Positions 50,669 to 59,869 are shown, counted from the stretch's first letter. The stretch: 64,000 nucleotides of DNA from Spirochaetia bacterium (GCA_963662265.2 CAXXHA010000010.1:288001-352000); one strand, 5' to 3'. Program-made: numbers and translations. The notes: generated by a model not told the origin, from the letters alone.

Positions 50669-50703
50669 AAAACTGTACCCTTTGCCAGGGGTACAGTTTT
50701 TTT
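50669..50703 (+). terminator. Intrinsic terminator
   Basis: AAAACTGTACCCT/GGGGTACAGTTTT followed by T run. Confidence 0.8.
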
Positions 50704-50727
50704 ATATAAAATGTCTAAATTTCCATC

Positions 50728-51375
50728 TTATTTATCAGGAAAATAAATATTAACACAGTCGGGACATATTGTATGGGTGAATTTTGAATCAGCTTTTTTC
50801 TCAACATATTTTTCCAGGGGCCACCATTTATTATTCTCATCCCTGATTCTTCTGCAGCCGGAACAGATAGGGAGAAGAGTTTCAAGAGTTTTAACCTTCT
50901 TTAAAAGTTCATTTTTTTCCCTTAATGCTTTCTTCAGCGCCCTGTTGGTTTCCTGCTGTTTCTGTTCAGCCTTTTTTCTCTTATCAATATTGCGTGTTAT
51001 TCCCACAATTTTAAGAACATTATCATTTTCCATGAAGAATTTGGCAGAAATTTCTATCCAGACAGTAGAACCATTTTTATGATAAAGCTCAACATCCAAT
51101 GAATAGGATTTATTTATTCCTGATTCCCAGTCCTTTTTCCCTTTTTTGAAAAGAATACTTAATTTTTCATATGATTCCGGCACAATATTTTTCCTGAGTT
51201 CACTGCCTATCAATTCCTGCTGTGTAAATCCCCGAAGTTTATATATATCGGGACTGATATAAAGATATTTCAGGGCAGAGGCATCAATTACCCACACTGC
51301 ATCGATGAATTTATCAGTCATTGAACGGTATTTATATTCAACAGAAGCAATCTTGCTTTCAATTTTCGAATTCAT
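50728..51375 (-). CDS. PAS domain protein with C-terminal Cys/His (CxxC...HxxCxxC) motif
   Basis: PAS/PAC (YISP..GF..ELIG..HKNGSTVW..GITRNI), coiled coil, LPICSGCRRIRD..W..E.Y..FTHTICPDC. Confidence 0.85.
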   Translation of the reverse strand: MNSKIESKIASVEYKYRSMTDKFIDAVWVIDASALKYLYISPDIYKLRGFTQQELIGSELRKNIVPESYEKLSILFKKGKKDWESGINKSYSLDVELYHKNGSTVWIEISAKFFMENDNVLKIVGITRNIDKRKKAEQKQQETNRALKKALREKNELLKKVKTLETLLPICSGCRRIRDENNKWWPLEKYVEKKADSKFTHTICPDCVNIYFPDK

Positions 51376-51541
51376 ATTTACCTCCTCTCCGAAATAATTT
51401 ATCCTGAAACAGTAATTCAGATAATCACAAGTAAAAAATAAAACATGCCTAAATTAATTCTATGATAATTTTCATGTTTTTTTACATTCTTCATGATAAA
51501 ATTATTAATATTCATCTTGAACGACGGAAGAAAATCATCAG

Positions 51542-52663
51542 ATGCTTGTTAAAAAAATTCTTGCAGAAAAATCTGCCGGCTGCCTGGTCGGTGGAGCAAT
51601 TGGAGATGCACTCGGAAGAGTTGTTGAATTTGTCCCTGAAAATATCATACGCCTGAAATACGGAACCCGGGGAATTACAGAGCTTCATCTGTCTGGCGGA
51701 AAAGCAAGATTTACAGATGATACCCAGTTGAGCCTTTTCACAGCAGAGGGCCTTTTGAGAATGCATACCAGAAAAATAATGAAAAGAGTAAATCCGTCAT
51801 ATGAAGTGATGCTGAGATCATACCACAGATGGATAATTACCCAGAACGGCGGGATATTTACAGGGACAGGATCTATTTACAAGAATATGAACCAGAAGCA
51901 GATTGATGCTGTTCTTGATTCAGGATTCCTTGTCAACAAGGTGGAACTCAACAGGATGAGAGCTCCGGGGCGGACATGTATTAATGCACTCAGCAGCGGG
52001 GAAATGTTCAGCTTCAAAAATCCCCCAAACAGCAGCAAGGGCTGCGGTTCGGTGATGCGGGCAGCTCCGGCTGGTATTTATTTCCACCGGGAACCGGAAA
52101 AAGCCTTTATATCAGGGTGCAGGCTCGCAGTCCTGTCGCACGGCCATCCTACAGGGTATATAACAGCCGGCACTTTTTCCATGCTGATTGCGCTGATTAT
52201 CAGCAAAATACCTCTTATTAATGCTGTGAAAAAGACTATATCATACCTCAAGGCAGACTGCCTCAAGCTGGATTTTATCAATCCCGGAAACACATATGAA
52301 ACACAAAGAGCACTGGAGAATTCCCTTGCTCTTTATGAAAACCGCAACCCTGAAAAAATTTCATTTACATCTCTCGGGGAGGGCTGGACAGCAGAAGAAG
52401 CCCTGTCTATAGGGATTTTCTGCGCCCTTGTTAATCAGGAAAATTTTGAACAGGGGATAATCACCGCTGTAAACCACTCGGGTGACAGCGATTCAACAGG
52501 CAGTATCTGCGGAAATATTCTTGGAGCACTCAACGGACTGAACTGCATTCCCGAAAATTATAAAATGCAGATAGAACTTTATCCAATGATGTGTGAAATA
52601 GCGGAAGACCTGATATGCAGTGGAGTTACTGAAGATTTTCAGAAAAAATACCCAGGATGGTAG
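51542..52663 (+). CDS. ADP-ribosylglycohydrolase (DraG/ARH family)
   Basis: GGAIGDALG, FTDDTQ, SKGCGSVMR, SHGHP, NHSGDSDSTGSICG. Confidence 0.93.
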   Translation: MLVKKILAEKSAGCLVGGAIGDALGRVVEFVPENIIRLKYGTRGITELHLSGGKARFTDDTQLSLFTAEGLLRMHTRKIMKRVNPSYEVMLRSYHRWIITQNGGIFTGTGSIYKNMNQKQIDAVLDSGFLVNKVELNRMRAPGRTCINALSSGEMFSFKNPPNSSKGCGSVMRAAPAGIYFHREPEKAFISGCRLAVLSHGHPTGYITAGTFSMLIALIISKIPLINAVKKTISYLKADCLKLDFINPGNTYETQRALENSLALYENRNPEKISFTSLGEGWTAEEALSIGIFCALVNQENFEQGIITAVNHSGDSDSTGSICGNILGALNGLNCIPENYKMQIELYPMMCEIAEDLICSGVTEDFQKKYPGW

Positions 52664-52736
52664 ATTGTTTTAATTATAAATAATTATTTTAAAAAGCTGA
52701 AAATACAATTCTCAGAGCTTCCTGCCTCAATAATTC

Positions 52737-53342
52737 TTATTCCTCCCCCGGAAGCTCTTCAAGAAGATCATCGGCACAGAGATCAAGCTCTACTTTCCAT
52801 TCCCCCAGACGCTTGTACCTTATTTCATCTGCCGAAGATGTAAGATCAGACCCCAGTTCCTGGTCAAAGTATCTTATTAGGAGCTGGTTCGGATATGCTT
52901 CGGGGCGGATTTTTCTCAGGATTTTCGCGGCAGTTTTTTCAGAACCGGTAATCATATAAAGATATCCGAGAGCAACAGCTGTTGACCGGGAAATACCCTG
53001 CCAGCAGTGTATCGTATAACCGGAAGCTTCGTTACTTGTCTTTTTAAAGAAAGAAATCATTTTTTTAACATCACTGCGGCGGGGAATTCTTTTGGGATGC
53101 ATATCATGTCGTAAATGTTTCCTGCATTCAACATCAAAAAAAGAGAGTCTCAATATTTTTTCAAAGGATTTTTTAAACAGCTCGGGGATCAGGCAGTCTT
53201 CCATTTTCGGATGAAAATAAAGATGGGGATTCCCGATTGATATGAGATGTGTATGGTGAAATTTTCCCGCAGATATATATTCCTCCAGTTCTCTCTGGCC
53301 GAATACCTGTATTTTGCCTGCAGCCTGTATGCTTTTTCCCAT
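52737..53342 (-). CDS. Protein tyrosine/dual-specificity phosphatase-like protein
   Basis: P-loop IHCWQGISRS (CX5R), LSFFDV, RPEAYPN. Confidence 0.88.
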   Translation of the reverse strand: MGKSIQAAGKIQVFGQRELEEYISAGKFHHTHLISIGNPHLYFHPKMEDCLIPELFKKSFEKILRLSFFDVECRKHLRHDMHPKRIPRRSDVKKMISFFKKTSNEASGYTIHCWQGISRSTAVALGYLYMITGSEKTAAKILRKIRPEAYPNQLLIRYFDQELGSDLTSSADEIRYKRLGEWKVELDLCADDLLEELPGEE

Positions 53343-53360
53343 AACAAGCCTTTAATATTG

Positions 53361-53534
53361 TTAAAAATACCGGCCAAGCAATTCCGGAGTAATGAAACCA
53401 AGCTTCACAGCAATCTGGCCGAATCTTAAATCAGGATGTTCTTTCTGATAATCAAGAATTATATGCACCTCATCATCTGTTATTGCGCCGAGCCGTACAA
53501 GAAGTTCCCCGAATCTTTCTGTTGAATCTTTCAT
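53361..53534 (-). CDS. 57-aa stand-alone MshEN-like (c-di-GMP-binding) protein
   Basis: Not in ORF track. MKDSTERFGELLVRLGAITDDEVHIILDYQKEHPDLRFGQIAVKLGFITPELLGRYF; AAGGA RBS. Confidence 0.8.
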   Translation of the reverse strand: MKDSTERFGELLVRLGAITDDEVHIILDYQKEHPDLRFGQIAVKLGFITPELLGRYF

Positions 53535-53672
53535 CTTTAAATATCCTTAACTTATATTATATATCTATTTCCGTTAACTGCAAATTCCAGCGGGAGAGTT
53601 ATTAAAAAAACTGGTGAAACAGCTGTATTATACAAATTTATTTAAAAATTGCAGATTCCCTGTCGTTAAATC

Positions 53673-53704
53673 AAAAAAAAGCCTGCAGATAACTCCTGCA
53701 GGCT
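53673..53704 (-). terminator. Intrinsic terminator
   Basis: AGCCTGCAG/CTGCAGGCT followed by U run on minus strand. Confidence 0.8.
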
Positions 53705-53724
53705 GTATATTATTTTCAATAGTA

Positions 53725-54336
53725 TTATGGAGAAGGTGCTGTTGTTACTTCACCCCTGAAATTGTCAATCTGGCTCTTGATAGAATCAAGCTTTGAAGAT
53801 ATTTCACTGTTTTTTGATTCAGTTTTTGCAATATCCTGTTTTGATTTTTCTATCTCCGCTTTATTTTTCTCAATCAGCCTTTCTCTTCTTGCACTGTCCC
53901 GGGTGAGAAAAGCAACTTCTTCCTTATCAGACTTTGTCTGGTCCTCAAGAAATTTCCTTTCTTCAGACAGAAGAAATACAACACTCACAAGTTCATCCCT
54001 GTACTGATCAAGCCGTTTCTTGGTAGCCCTGTCTTTGGATTCCCTGTAGAGGTTATTTAAATCAAGGTTTGTCTGTGTAGTATAATCAATATTTTCATTA
54101 ATTTTTTCTACTCTGGTTTCTGATTTTTGAATTCTGTCTTCGAGAAATGTTTTTCTTTCAGTATTGGCAGCAATTGTATCAGAATGATTCACATTTTCAG
54201 TTTCAAGAAAGGCTATCCGATTATTTGTCTTTTTTATGTCTACATAATTAAATTCTTCTGCTTCCTGTGCAAAGGCTGAAAATAATGAGCCGGCAAAAAG
54301 CATTATCATCAGTAAATAAATTGGTTTCAATTTCAT
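53725..54336 (-). CDS. Exported coiled-coil hypothetical protein (paralog A)
   Basis: Signal peptide AFA|QE; heptad-rich; GGAGG RBS. Confidence 0.8.
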   Translation of the reverse strand: MKLKPIYLLMIMLFAGSLFSAFAQEAEEFNYVDIKKTNNRIAFLETENVNHSDTIAANTERKTFLEDRIQKSETRVEKINENIDYTTQTNLDLNNLYRESKDRATKKRLDQYRDELVSVVFLLSEERKFLEDQTKSDKEEVAFLTRDSARRERLIEKNKAEIEKSKQDIAKTESKNSEISSKLDSIKSQIDNFRGEVTTAPSP

Positions 54337-54416
54337 CTATTCCTCCGGTATTTTTCCTCTTATAAAAATTATAGCAAAGGGACAGTGAATTTACAAATAA
54401 AAGATATTCCGGCTTT

Positions 54417-54445
54417 AAAAAAAAGCACTCCGGAATGGAGTGCTT
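54417..54445 (-). terminator. Intrinsic terminator
   Basis: AAGCACTCC/GGAGTGCTT followed by U run on minus strand. Confidence 0.8.
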
Positions 54446-54471
54446 AAACAAGAGTATATGTATAAATAAAA

Positions 54472-55074
54472 CTAATTAACAGAAATCGGGTCAGTAGTTA
54501 CATTGCTTCTGTAATTATCAAGCTGATCCTTGATTGTATCGAGTGTAGTGGATATTTCACTGTTTTTTGATTCTGTTCTAGCAATATCCTGCTTCAAAGA
54601 AGAAATTTCTCCATTGTTTTTCTCAATCAGCCTCTCTCTTCTTGCAGAATCCTTTTCTATAAAAGCAACTTCTTCTTTATCAAGCTTAATCTGGTTGTTC
54701 AATTCTTTTAACTCAGATTTAAGCAGCCAGATCAGACTGACAATATCATCCCTGTAGACATCTATCTTTTCTTTTGTTTTTCTGTCCTGTGTTTCACTGT
54801 TAAGCCTGTTAACCTCAAGATTTTTCTGTTTTGCAAAATCAAGATTTTCATTTACCTGCGTAATTCTGTTTTCTGATTCTGTTATCCGGTTTTCGAGAAA
54901 TGCCTTTCTTTCTCCATTATCCGCTATTGAATCTTCATGGTTTTTATTTTCAGCTTCAAGAACTGATATCTGATTTTCTGCTTTCTTTATATCAACAAAA
55001 CGACCTGTTTCCTGTGCATAAGAAACAGAACAAAGTATTATTAATAAAATTAAAGAAAAGGATTTAAATTTCAT
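54472..55074 (-). CDS. Exported coiled-coil hypothetical protein (paralog B)
   Basis: Signal peptide SYA|QE; shares DKEEVAF..DSARRERLIEKN..KQDIA.TESKNSEIS with paralog A. Confidence 0.8.
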   Translation of the reverse strand: MKFKSFSLILLIILCSVSYAQETGRFVDIKKAENQISVLEAENKNHEDSIADNGERKAFLENRITESENRITQVNENLDFAKQKNLEVNRLNSETQDRKTKEKIDVYRDDIVSLIWLLKSELKELNNQIKLDKEEVAFIEKDSARRERLIEKNNGEISSLKQDIARTESKNSEISTTLDTIKDQLDNYRSNVTTDPISVN

Positions 55075-55223
55075 GTAAACCTCCGGTGTTCCTAACGTTA
55101 TATCAGATGAAATACAAAATTACAATTGATATGAAAAACCAATATTCTGTATTTTATCAAAAGCTGATTCAGAAATAAAATAATGTGCTGTTGTAAAAAA
55201 GCCTGAACTGATAATATCATTTC

Positions 55224-56060
55224 ATGGTTATTTTTTACGCACTCATGTCAGCCTTTTCTTTTGGAACAGCCGATTTTCTGGGGGGCTTCTCCTCAAGAAA
55301 AAACTCAACAACTGTCACAGTAGCCTGGTCGCAGGGAGCAGGGCTTATAACTGTGCTTATAGCGGCTCCGCTGATGGGTGCAGAGCATATTGCTGGTTAT
55401 GATATTTTCTGGGGAATGGCAGGGGGAGTATCGGGGGCTCTTGGAGTACTTGTACTGTTTCACGGACTTTCGACAGGAATAGCATCTATTGTTTCCCCGA
55501 TCGCGGCTCTCTCAGGCGCTGCATTTCCAGTGCTGTTCGGTTTTATTACAGGAGAAAGGCCGCCCCTCTTAACATGGACAGGAGTTGCTCTTTCCCTCCC
55601 GGCCATACTTCTCCTTTCATGGGAAAAGGGGGATAAAAATAACCACGTTATCAGATCCCTGCGTATGGGGCTTGTTTCAGGTGCTCTTTTCGGAGGCTTT
55701 TTCATATTGCTGTCCCGTACATCTGAAAGCTCGGGAATGTGGCCCCTTCTTGCGGCCCGTTTTACAACAGTTCCGCTTTTTATTCTTATTTCAGTTATCA
55801 GAAAGTCAAAACTCAGGCTGGAAAAAGGGACAAGAAGGATTACAGTCTTCAGCGGAATCCTGGATATGGCTGCAAATGTGTTTTATATACTTGCCGTCAG
55901 AACAGGGTATCTTATTTTCGCGGTAATACTTTCCGCTCTTTACCCTGCACCAACAGTAATTCTACAGAAGATATTTCTGCATGAAAAGCTCACCAGAATG
56001 AGAATTATCGGCCTTGTTCTGTCAATCACAGGAGCAGCCCTTATCGGCATCGGTGGATAG
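55224..56060 (+). CDS. EamA/DMT family transporter
   Basis: About 10 TM segments; GTADFLGG, SIVSPI, LYPA..FLHEKL. Confidence 0.88.
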   Translation: MVIFYALMSAFSFGTADFLGGFSSRKNSTTVTVAWSQGAGLITVLIAAPLMGAEHIAGYDIFWGMAGGVSGALGVLVLFHGLSTGIASIVSPIAALSGAAFPVLFGFITGERPPLLTWTGVALSLPAILLLSWEKGDKNNHVIRSLRMGLVSGALFGGFFILLSRTSESSGMWPLLAARFTTVPLFILISVIRKSKLRLEKGTRRITVFSGILDMAANVFYILAVRTGYLIFAVILSALYPAPTVILQKIFLHEKLTRMRIIGLVLSITGAALIGIGG

Positions 56061-56201
56061 ACAGGCAGAATTATTGCATTGATTAAAACCAAAAACCGGG
56101 CCATTCGAAGGGAAAGGACCCGACAGCAATACAGAGGGCTTTTGATTTAGAAAATAATTATGTTTGACTTATCGGAACTCATTATTTAATCTTTAAATCA
56201 T

Positions 56202-56954
56202 ATGAAAATAATAATGTTTATCCTGTCCCTGTTTACATGGTGTGAAATAATTCTCTGTTTTGTTATATTTTTTCCGTTTCAGTTTCTCCTTTTCCTGCTT
56301 ACAGTTTTTTTTGACAGGAAAAGAAAGCTTCTGCATTACAACTCATCGCTCTGGTGCGCTCTTTCTCTTTTTTTAAGCCCTCTGTGGTCAATTGAAATAA
56401 AAGGAAAGGAAAACCTCGACAGAAAAAAACCGCATATTGTTGTAATGAACCACCAGTCGCTTATAGATATTCTTCTTACATTCCGGCTCTTCTATCCCTT
56501 TAAAATGATTGGGAAAAAAGTACTGGGACTTGTGCCGATAGTAGGATGGAACCTTGTATTGAGCGGGCACCTCCTTGTCGACAGAAAAAACACAAAAAGC
56601 CAGTTTGGGGCGATAAGAAAGATGGAGAACCTGATAAAGCAGGGAGAATCAATGTTTGTTTATCCTGAAGGGACCAGAACCAGGAACGGAGAAATCGGAG
56701 AATTCAAAAAAGGGGCATTCAGGACAGCAGTTTCAACAAACACACAAATCCTTCCCATTGTCATAGACGGCCCCTATCAGCTGCTTCCCAAAAAAGGCTT
56801 TGTGATAAACAACTTCAGAAAAATATATATAGAGATTCTTCCTCCGGTGGAAATCAAGGAAGGGGCAAAAGCATCCGACCTGGCAGAGGAAACAAGGGCT
56901 GTAATGTACAGTGTTTTGAAAAATATAAGAGAAAAAGAGAGTTCTGGTGATTAG
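56202..56954 (+). CDS. plsC: 1-acyl-sn-glycerol-3-phosphate acyltransferase
   Basis: NHQSLID (HX4D), YPEGTRT, FKKGAF. Confidence 0.88.
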   Translation: MKIIMFILSLFTWCEIILCFVIFFPFQFLLFLLTVFFDRKRKLLHYNSSLWCALSLFLSPLWSIEIKGKENLDRKKPHIVVMNHQSLIDILLTFRLFYPFKMIGKKVLGLVPIVGWNLVLSGHLLVDRKNTKSQFGAIRKMENLIKQGESMFVYPEGTRTRNGEIGEFKKGAFRTAVSTNTQILPIVIDGPYQLLPKKGFVINNFRKIYIEILPPVEIKEGAKASDLAEETRAVMYSVLKNIREKESSGD

Positions 56955-57063
56955 TCAGTCAAAAACTGCCGGCCCTGTAAACTGACAGGGCTTTCAGAAC
57001 GATATTCCTGTATAAAACAATACGACAATATTTGGATTGTATGCAAATTTTCCAGGTGATGAT

Positions 57064-59388
57064 TCAGTTTTTTGCCAGAATTTCTTCAAAATCAGCAGAA
57101 GGAAGAGGCTTGCTGTAGAAAAACCCCTGATGATAGCGGCAGCCCAGCCCGGCGAGCTTTTCAGCCTGATCTTCATCCTCAACCCCCTCCGCAACAACTT
57201 GCATATTAAAATTGCCGGATATCGACAGGATAGCCTCCACAAGGGCAGAATCATTTTCATCATTTATAATATCCCTGATAAATGCCCGGTCTATTTTGAT
57301 GATATTCAGGGCAAGGTTTTTAAGATATGTAAGAGAGGAATATCCAGTACCGAAATCATCAAGAGCAAATGAAATATCCAGTTTTCTTAAATCAGACACA
57401 GTTCCTGCAGTTTTTTCAATATTTTCTATCAGAACATTTTCAGTAATTTCCAGAACAATCATCTCCGGCGGAATATTATATTTTTGTATATTATTCAGGA
57501 GCAGCTCCGAAAAGTTATCCTGTTTCAACTGGGTAACACTGATATTAATTGAAACATATTTTAACGGATAGCTGAATTTATTGTTCCACTCTTCAAGCTT
57601 TTTACAGACCTCTTCAATAATCCATTCACCCATGGGAAGAATTAAGCCAGTCTCCTCTGCAAGAGGAATAAAATCAGAAGGAGAGACAATTCCCATTTCA
57701 GGATGAAGCCACCTTATCAAGGCTTCGGCGCCAGCATATTTTTTTTCCTTAAAATCATAAATCGGCTGAAAATTAAGAACAAATTCCTTATTTTCTACAG
57801 CATGTCTGAGACTGCTTTCAAGCTTCATTCTCTTTTCTATAGAGACGTTCATCTCTTCATTAAAGTAATGGGTACAGCTTCTTCCGCTTCTTTTTGCCTC
57901 ATACATTGCTGTATCAGCATTTTTCAAAAGATCATCGATATTGAGATCATTACCGGAAAACAAGGAAATTCCAATACTTGTAGATGTGTAGAGCTTTTTT
58001 TCAACCATTTTATATGGCTGCGACAGCTTTTTATGTATTTTATCAGCTACAAAACTTGCAGATCTGATAGCCTCTTCTGTATTATTCTGCAGTCTCGGGA
58101 GGAGAACAATAAACTCATCTCCTCCGATACGGGAAACAGTATCTTCCGCCCGTATAATTGATTTTATCCGTTCTGCAGTTTCAATCAGAATTTTATCACC
58201 TACATGATGACCGAGAGTATCATTAATCACTTTGAAATTATCAAGATCAAGAAACAGAATTGCCCCCATACAACCAGTTCGCCGGGCCCTCGCCAGAGCA
58301 GAGCCGGTACGGTCTTTAAGCAGAAGCCGGTTGGGGAGACCTGTCAGCGAATCATGATAAGCAAGATGGCGGACTTTCTCCTCTATAAGCTGGTATTCTG
58401 TCCTGTCCTGAAGAATTCCCACTGCTCCTGTCAGAACACCGTTACGGTCATAAACGGGGGAACATTTCATTGCGATCCATTTTTTACTGCTTGATATAGT
58501 AGTATGATAATCACCTTCGTAGAATCCGGTCTCTTCGTTGACTGCATCCTGAAGAGCCTGGAGAATTCTTTTATCCCGGATACTATTCATATTGAAGTTA
58601 ATCATATTATCTATTGATGTTTCCACAATTGAGCAGAATTCTTCATTGCAGTCATAAATGACTAAATCCATGTCATAATAAAAAATCCCCACAGGTGCAT
58701 GTTTGAAAATTGTCCTGAATTTTTTCTCACTCGCAGTAAGTTCATCGGTTGTTTTCCTGCTTATCCATGCGTAATAAATATTTTCATAAATAATTTTATA
58801 AAATTTATTACCAATGCCTAATATCATAAAATAATAAATAAGGAGAAGAACTGCGGCTGATTTATAATATTCAGCATCCAAAAGAAAAAGCCTTGCCGTA
58901 AAGGGAATAACAAGAAAAGACAGAAAAAGAAAAACCTGTTTTAAATCACTTGCAAGGGTAACAGTACTACCGGTTCCTATTCCCAGAATACAGACAATAA
59001 TAAACATGTTTACAGAATAATCATCTGTAAGAAGAACAAAACCGGAAAATCCCCAGACAAAAGCGGAAAGCAGCATCATCAGGACAAACAGAGAATAAAA
59101 TGTTTTATGGTTTTTTTCTTTCTGCCTGTTGAACAAAACAGATATAAAGAATCTTGCCGAGGAAACTAAAAAGACAGAAGAATACCAGTAAATAAGCAGA
59201 CTTTTATCTACATGATTCCTCAAAATTAATACAAGAACAAAGGCTGTAAACAAATACATACCTGTGCTTAAAGGAACAACTTTAGAGAGGTATTTCAGTT
59301 TTTCTTTTTCAAGTAATTTATTATCAGGAATTTCGGGACCTGCATCACGTTTATCAAGGCTGATATTCAGTTTCTTTTTATTATTCAT
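57064..59388 (-). CDS. Membrane PAS-GGDEF-EAL protein
   Basis: Several TM segments, PAS, HDSLTGLPNR..RIGGDEF, AEALIRW, DDFGTGYSSL, AEGVE. Confidence 0.94.
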   Translation of the reverse strand: MNNKKKLNISLDKRDAGPEIPDNKLLEKEKLKYLSKVVPLSTGMYLFTAFVLVLILRNHVDKSLLIYWYSSVFLVSSARFFISVLFNRQKEKNHKTFYSLFVLMMLLSAFVWGFSGFVLLTDDYSVNMFIIVCILGIGTGSTVTLASDLKQVFLFLSFLVIPFTARLFLLDAEYYKSAAVLLLIYYFMILGIGNKFYKIIYENIYYAWISRKTTDELTASEKKFRTIFKHAPVGIFYYDMDLVIYDCNEEFCSIVETSIDNMINFNMNSIRDKRILQALQDAVNEETGFYEGDYHTTISSSKKWIAMKCSPVYDRNGVLTGAVGILQDRTEYQLIEEKVRHLAYHDSLTGLPNRLLLKDRTGSALARARRTGCMGAILFLDLDNFKVINDTLGHHVGDKILIETAERIKSIIRAEDTVSRIGGDEFIVLLPRLQNNTEEAIRSASFVADKIHKKLSQPYKMVEKKLYTSTSIGISLFSGNDLNIDDLLKNADTAMYEAKRSGRSCTHYFNEEMNVSIEKRMKLESSLRHAVENKEFVLNFQPIYDFKEKKYAGAEALIRWLHPEMGIVSPSDFIPLAEETGLILPMGEWIIEEVCKKLEEWNNKFSYPLKYVSINISVTQLKQDNFSELLLNNIQKYNIPPEMIVLEITENVLIENIEKTAGTVSDLRKLDISFALDDFGTGYSSLTYLKNLALNIIKIDRAFIRDIINDENDSALVEAILSISGNFNMQVVAEGVEDEDQAEKLAGLGCRYHQGFFYSKPLPSADFEEILAKN

Positions 59389-59637
59389 TTACTTAATTAT
59401 AATACAATTTTCTGAATCTGAAAGTTGATATTTTCAAGTTTTGCTCCTGCATTATCGTTATAAATAAACTGCTCTATGTTCATCAATAGTATAAATTCTT
59501 ACAATATAAGAAGTTCTAAAGCCGGGTTTTTACCCGGGGTAGACGAAAAGGGATTATTGTATTATCTTATATACAACAGACATGAAAATGAAGTAATTCC
59601 TTGAAGTACTGATGCATTTACTGGTAAATAACGGCCA

Positions 59638-59818
59638 GTTGCATAATCTGGAAACTTGGTTTGAAAAATTTTATTCATAGAACTGGGGCTTATCCAGGGT
59701 CTTTTAAAAAGGCAATGGGACTGCTACTAATCTAGCAGCAAAGCAGTAGCTGAAAAGCTTAGCTTAAGCACTCTAACTCTGTAATCAAATGATTATAGGT
59801 TTAGAGTGCTTTTTTTTT
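59638..59818 (+). promoter_or_regulatory. Structured 5' leader with intrinsic terminator (riboswitch candidate)
   Basis: Terminator AAGCACTCTAA.../...TTAGAGTGCTT followed by T run (59766-59818), ~50 nt before the start codon with no same-strand gene upstream. Confidence 0.6.
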
Positions 59819-59869
59819 GATTAAAAAACTACCCAATTTATTGGGAAAAAATACATGGAGGGAATTTAC

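Noticed and set aside
59689-59765. SAM-I riboswitch (CTTATCCAG, GGGACTG, CTAATC..GCAG fragments)
   Set aside because: No P1 3' strand (GATRAG) and no GCAACC/P3; kept only as an unassigned leader
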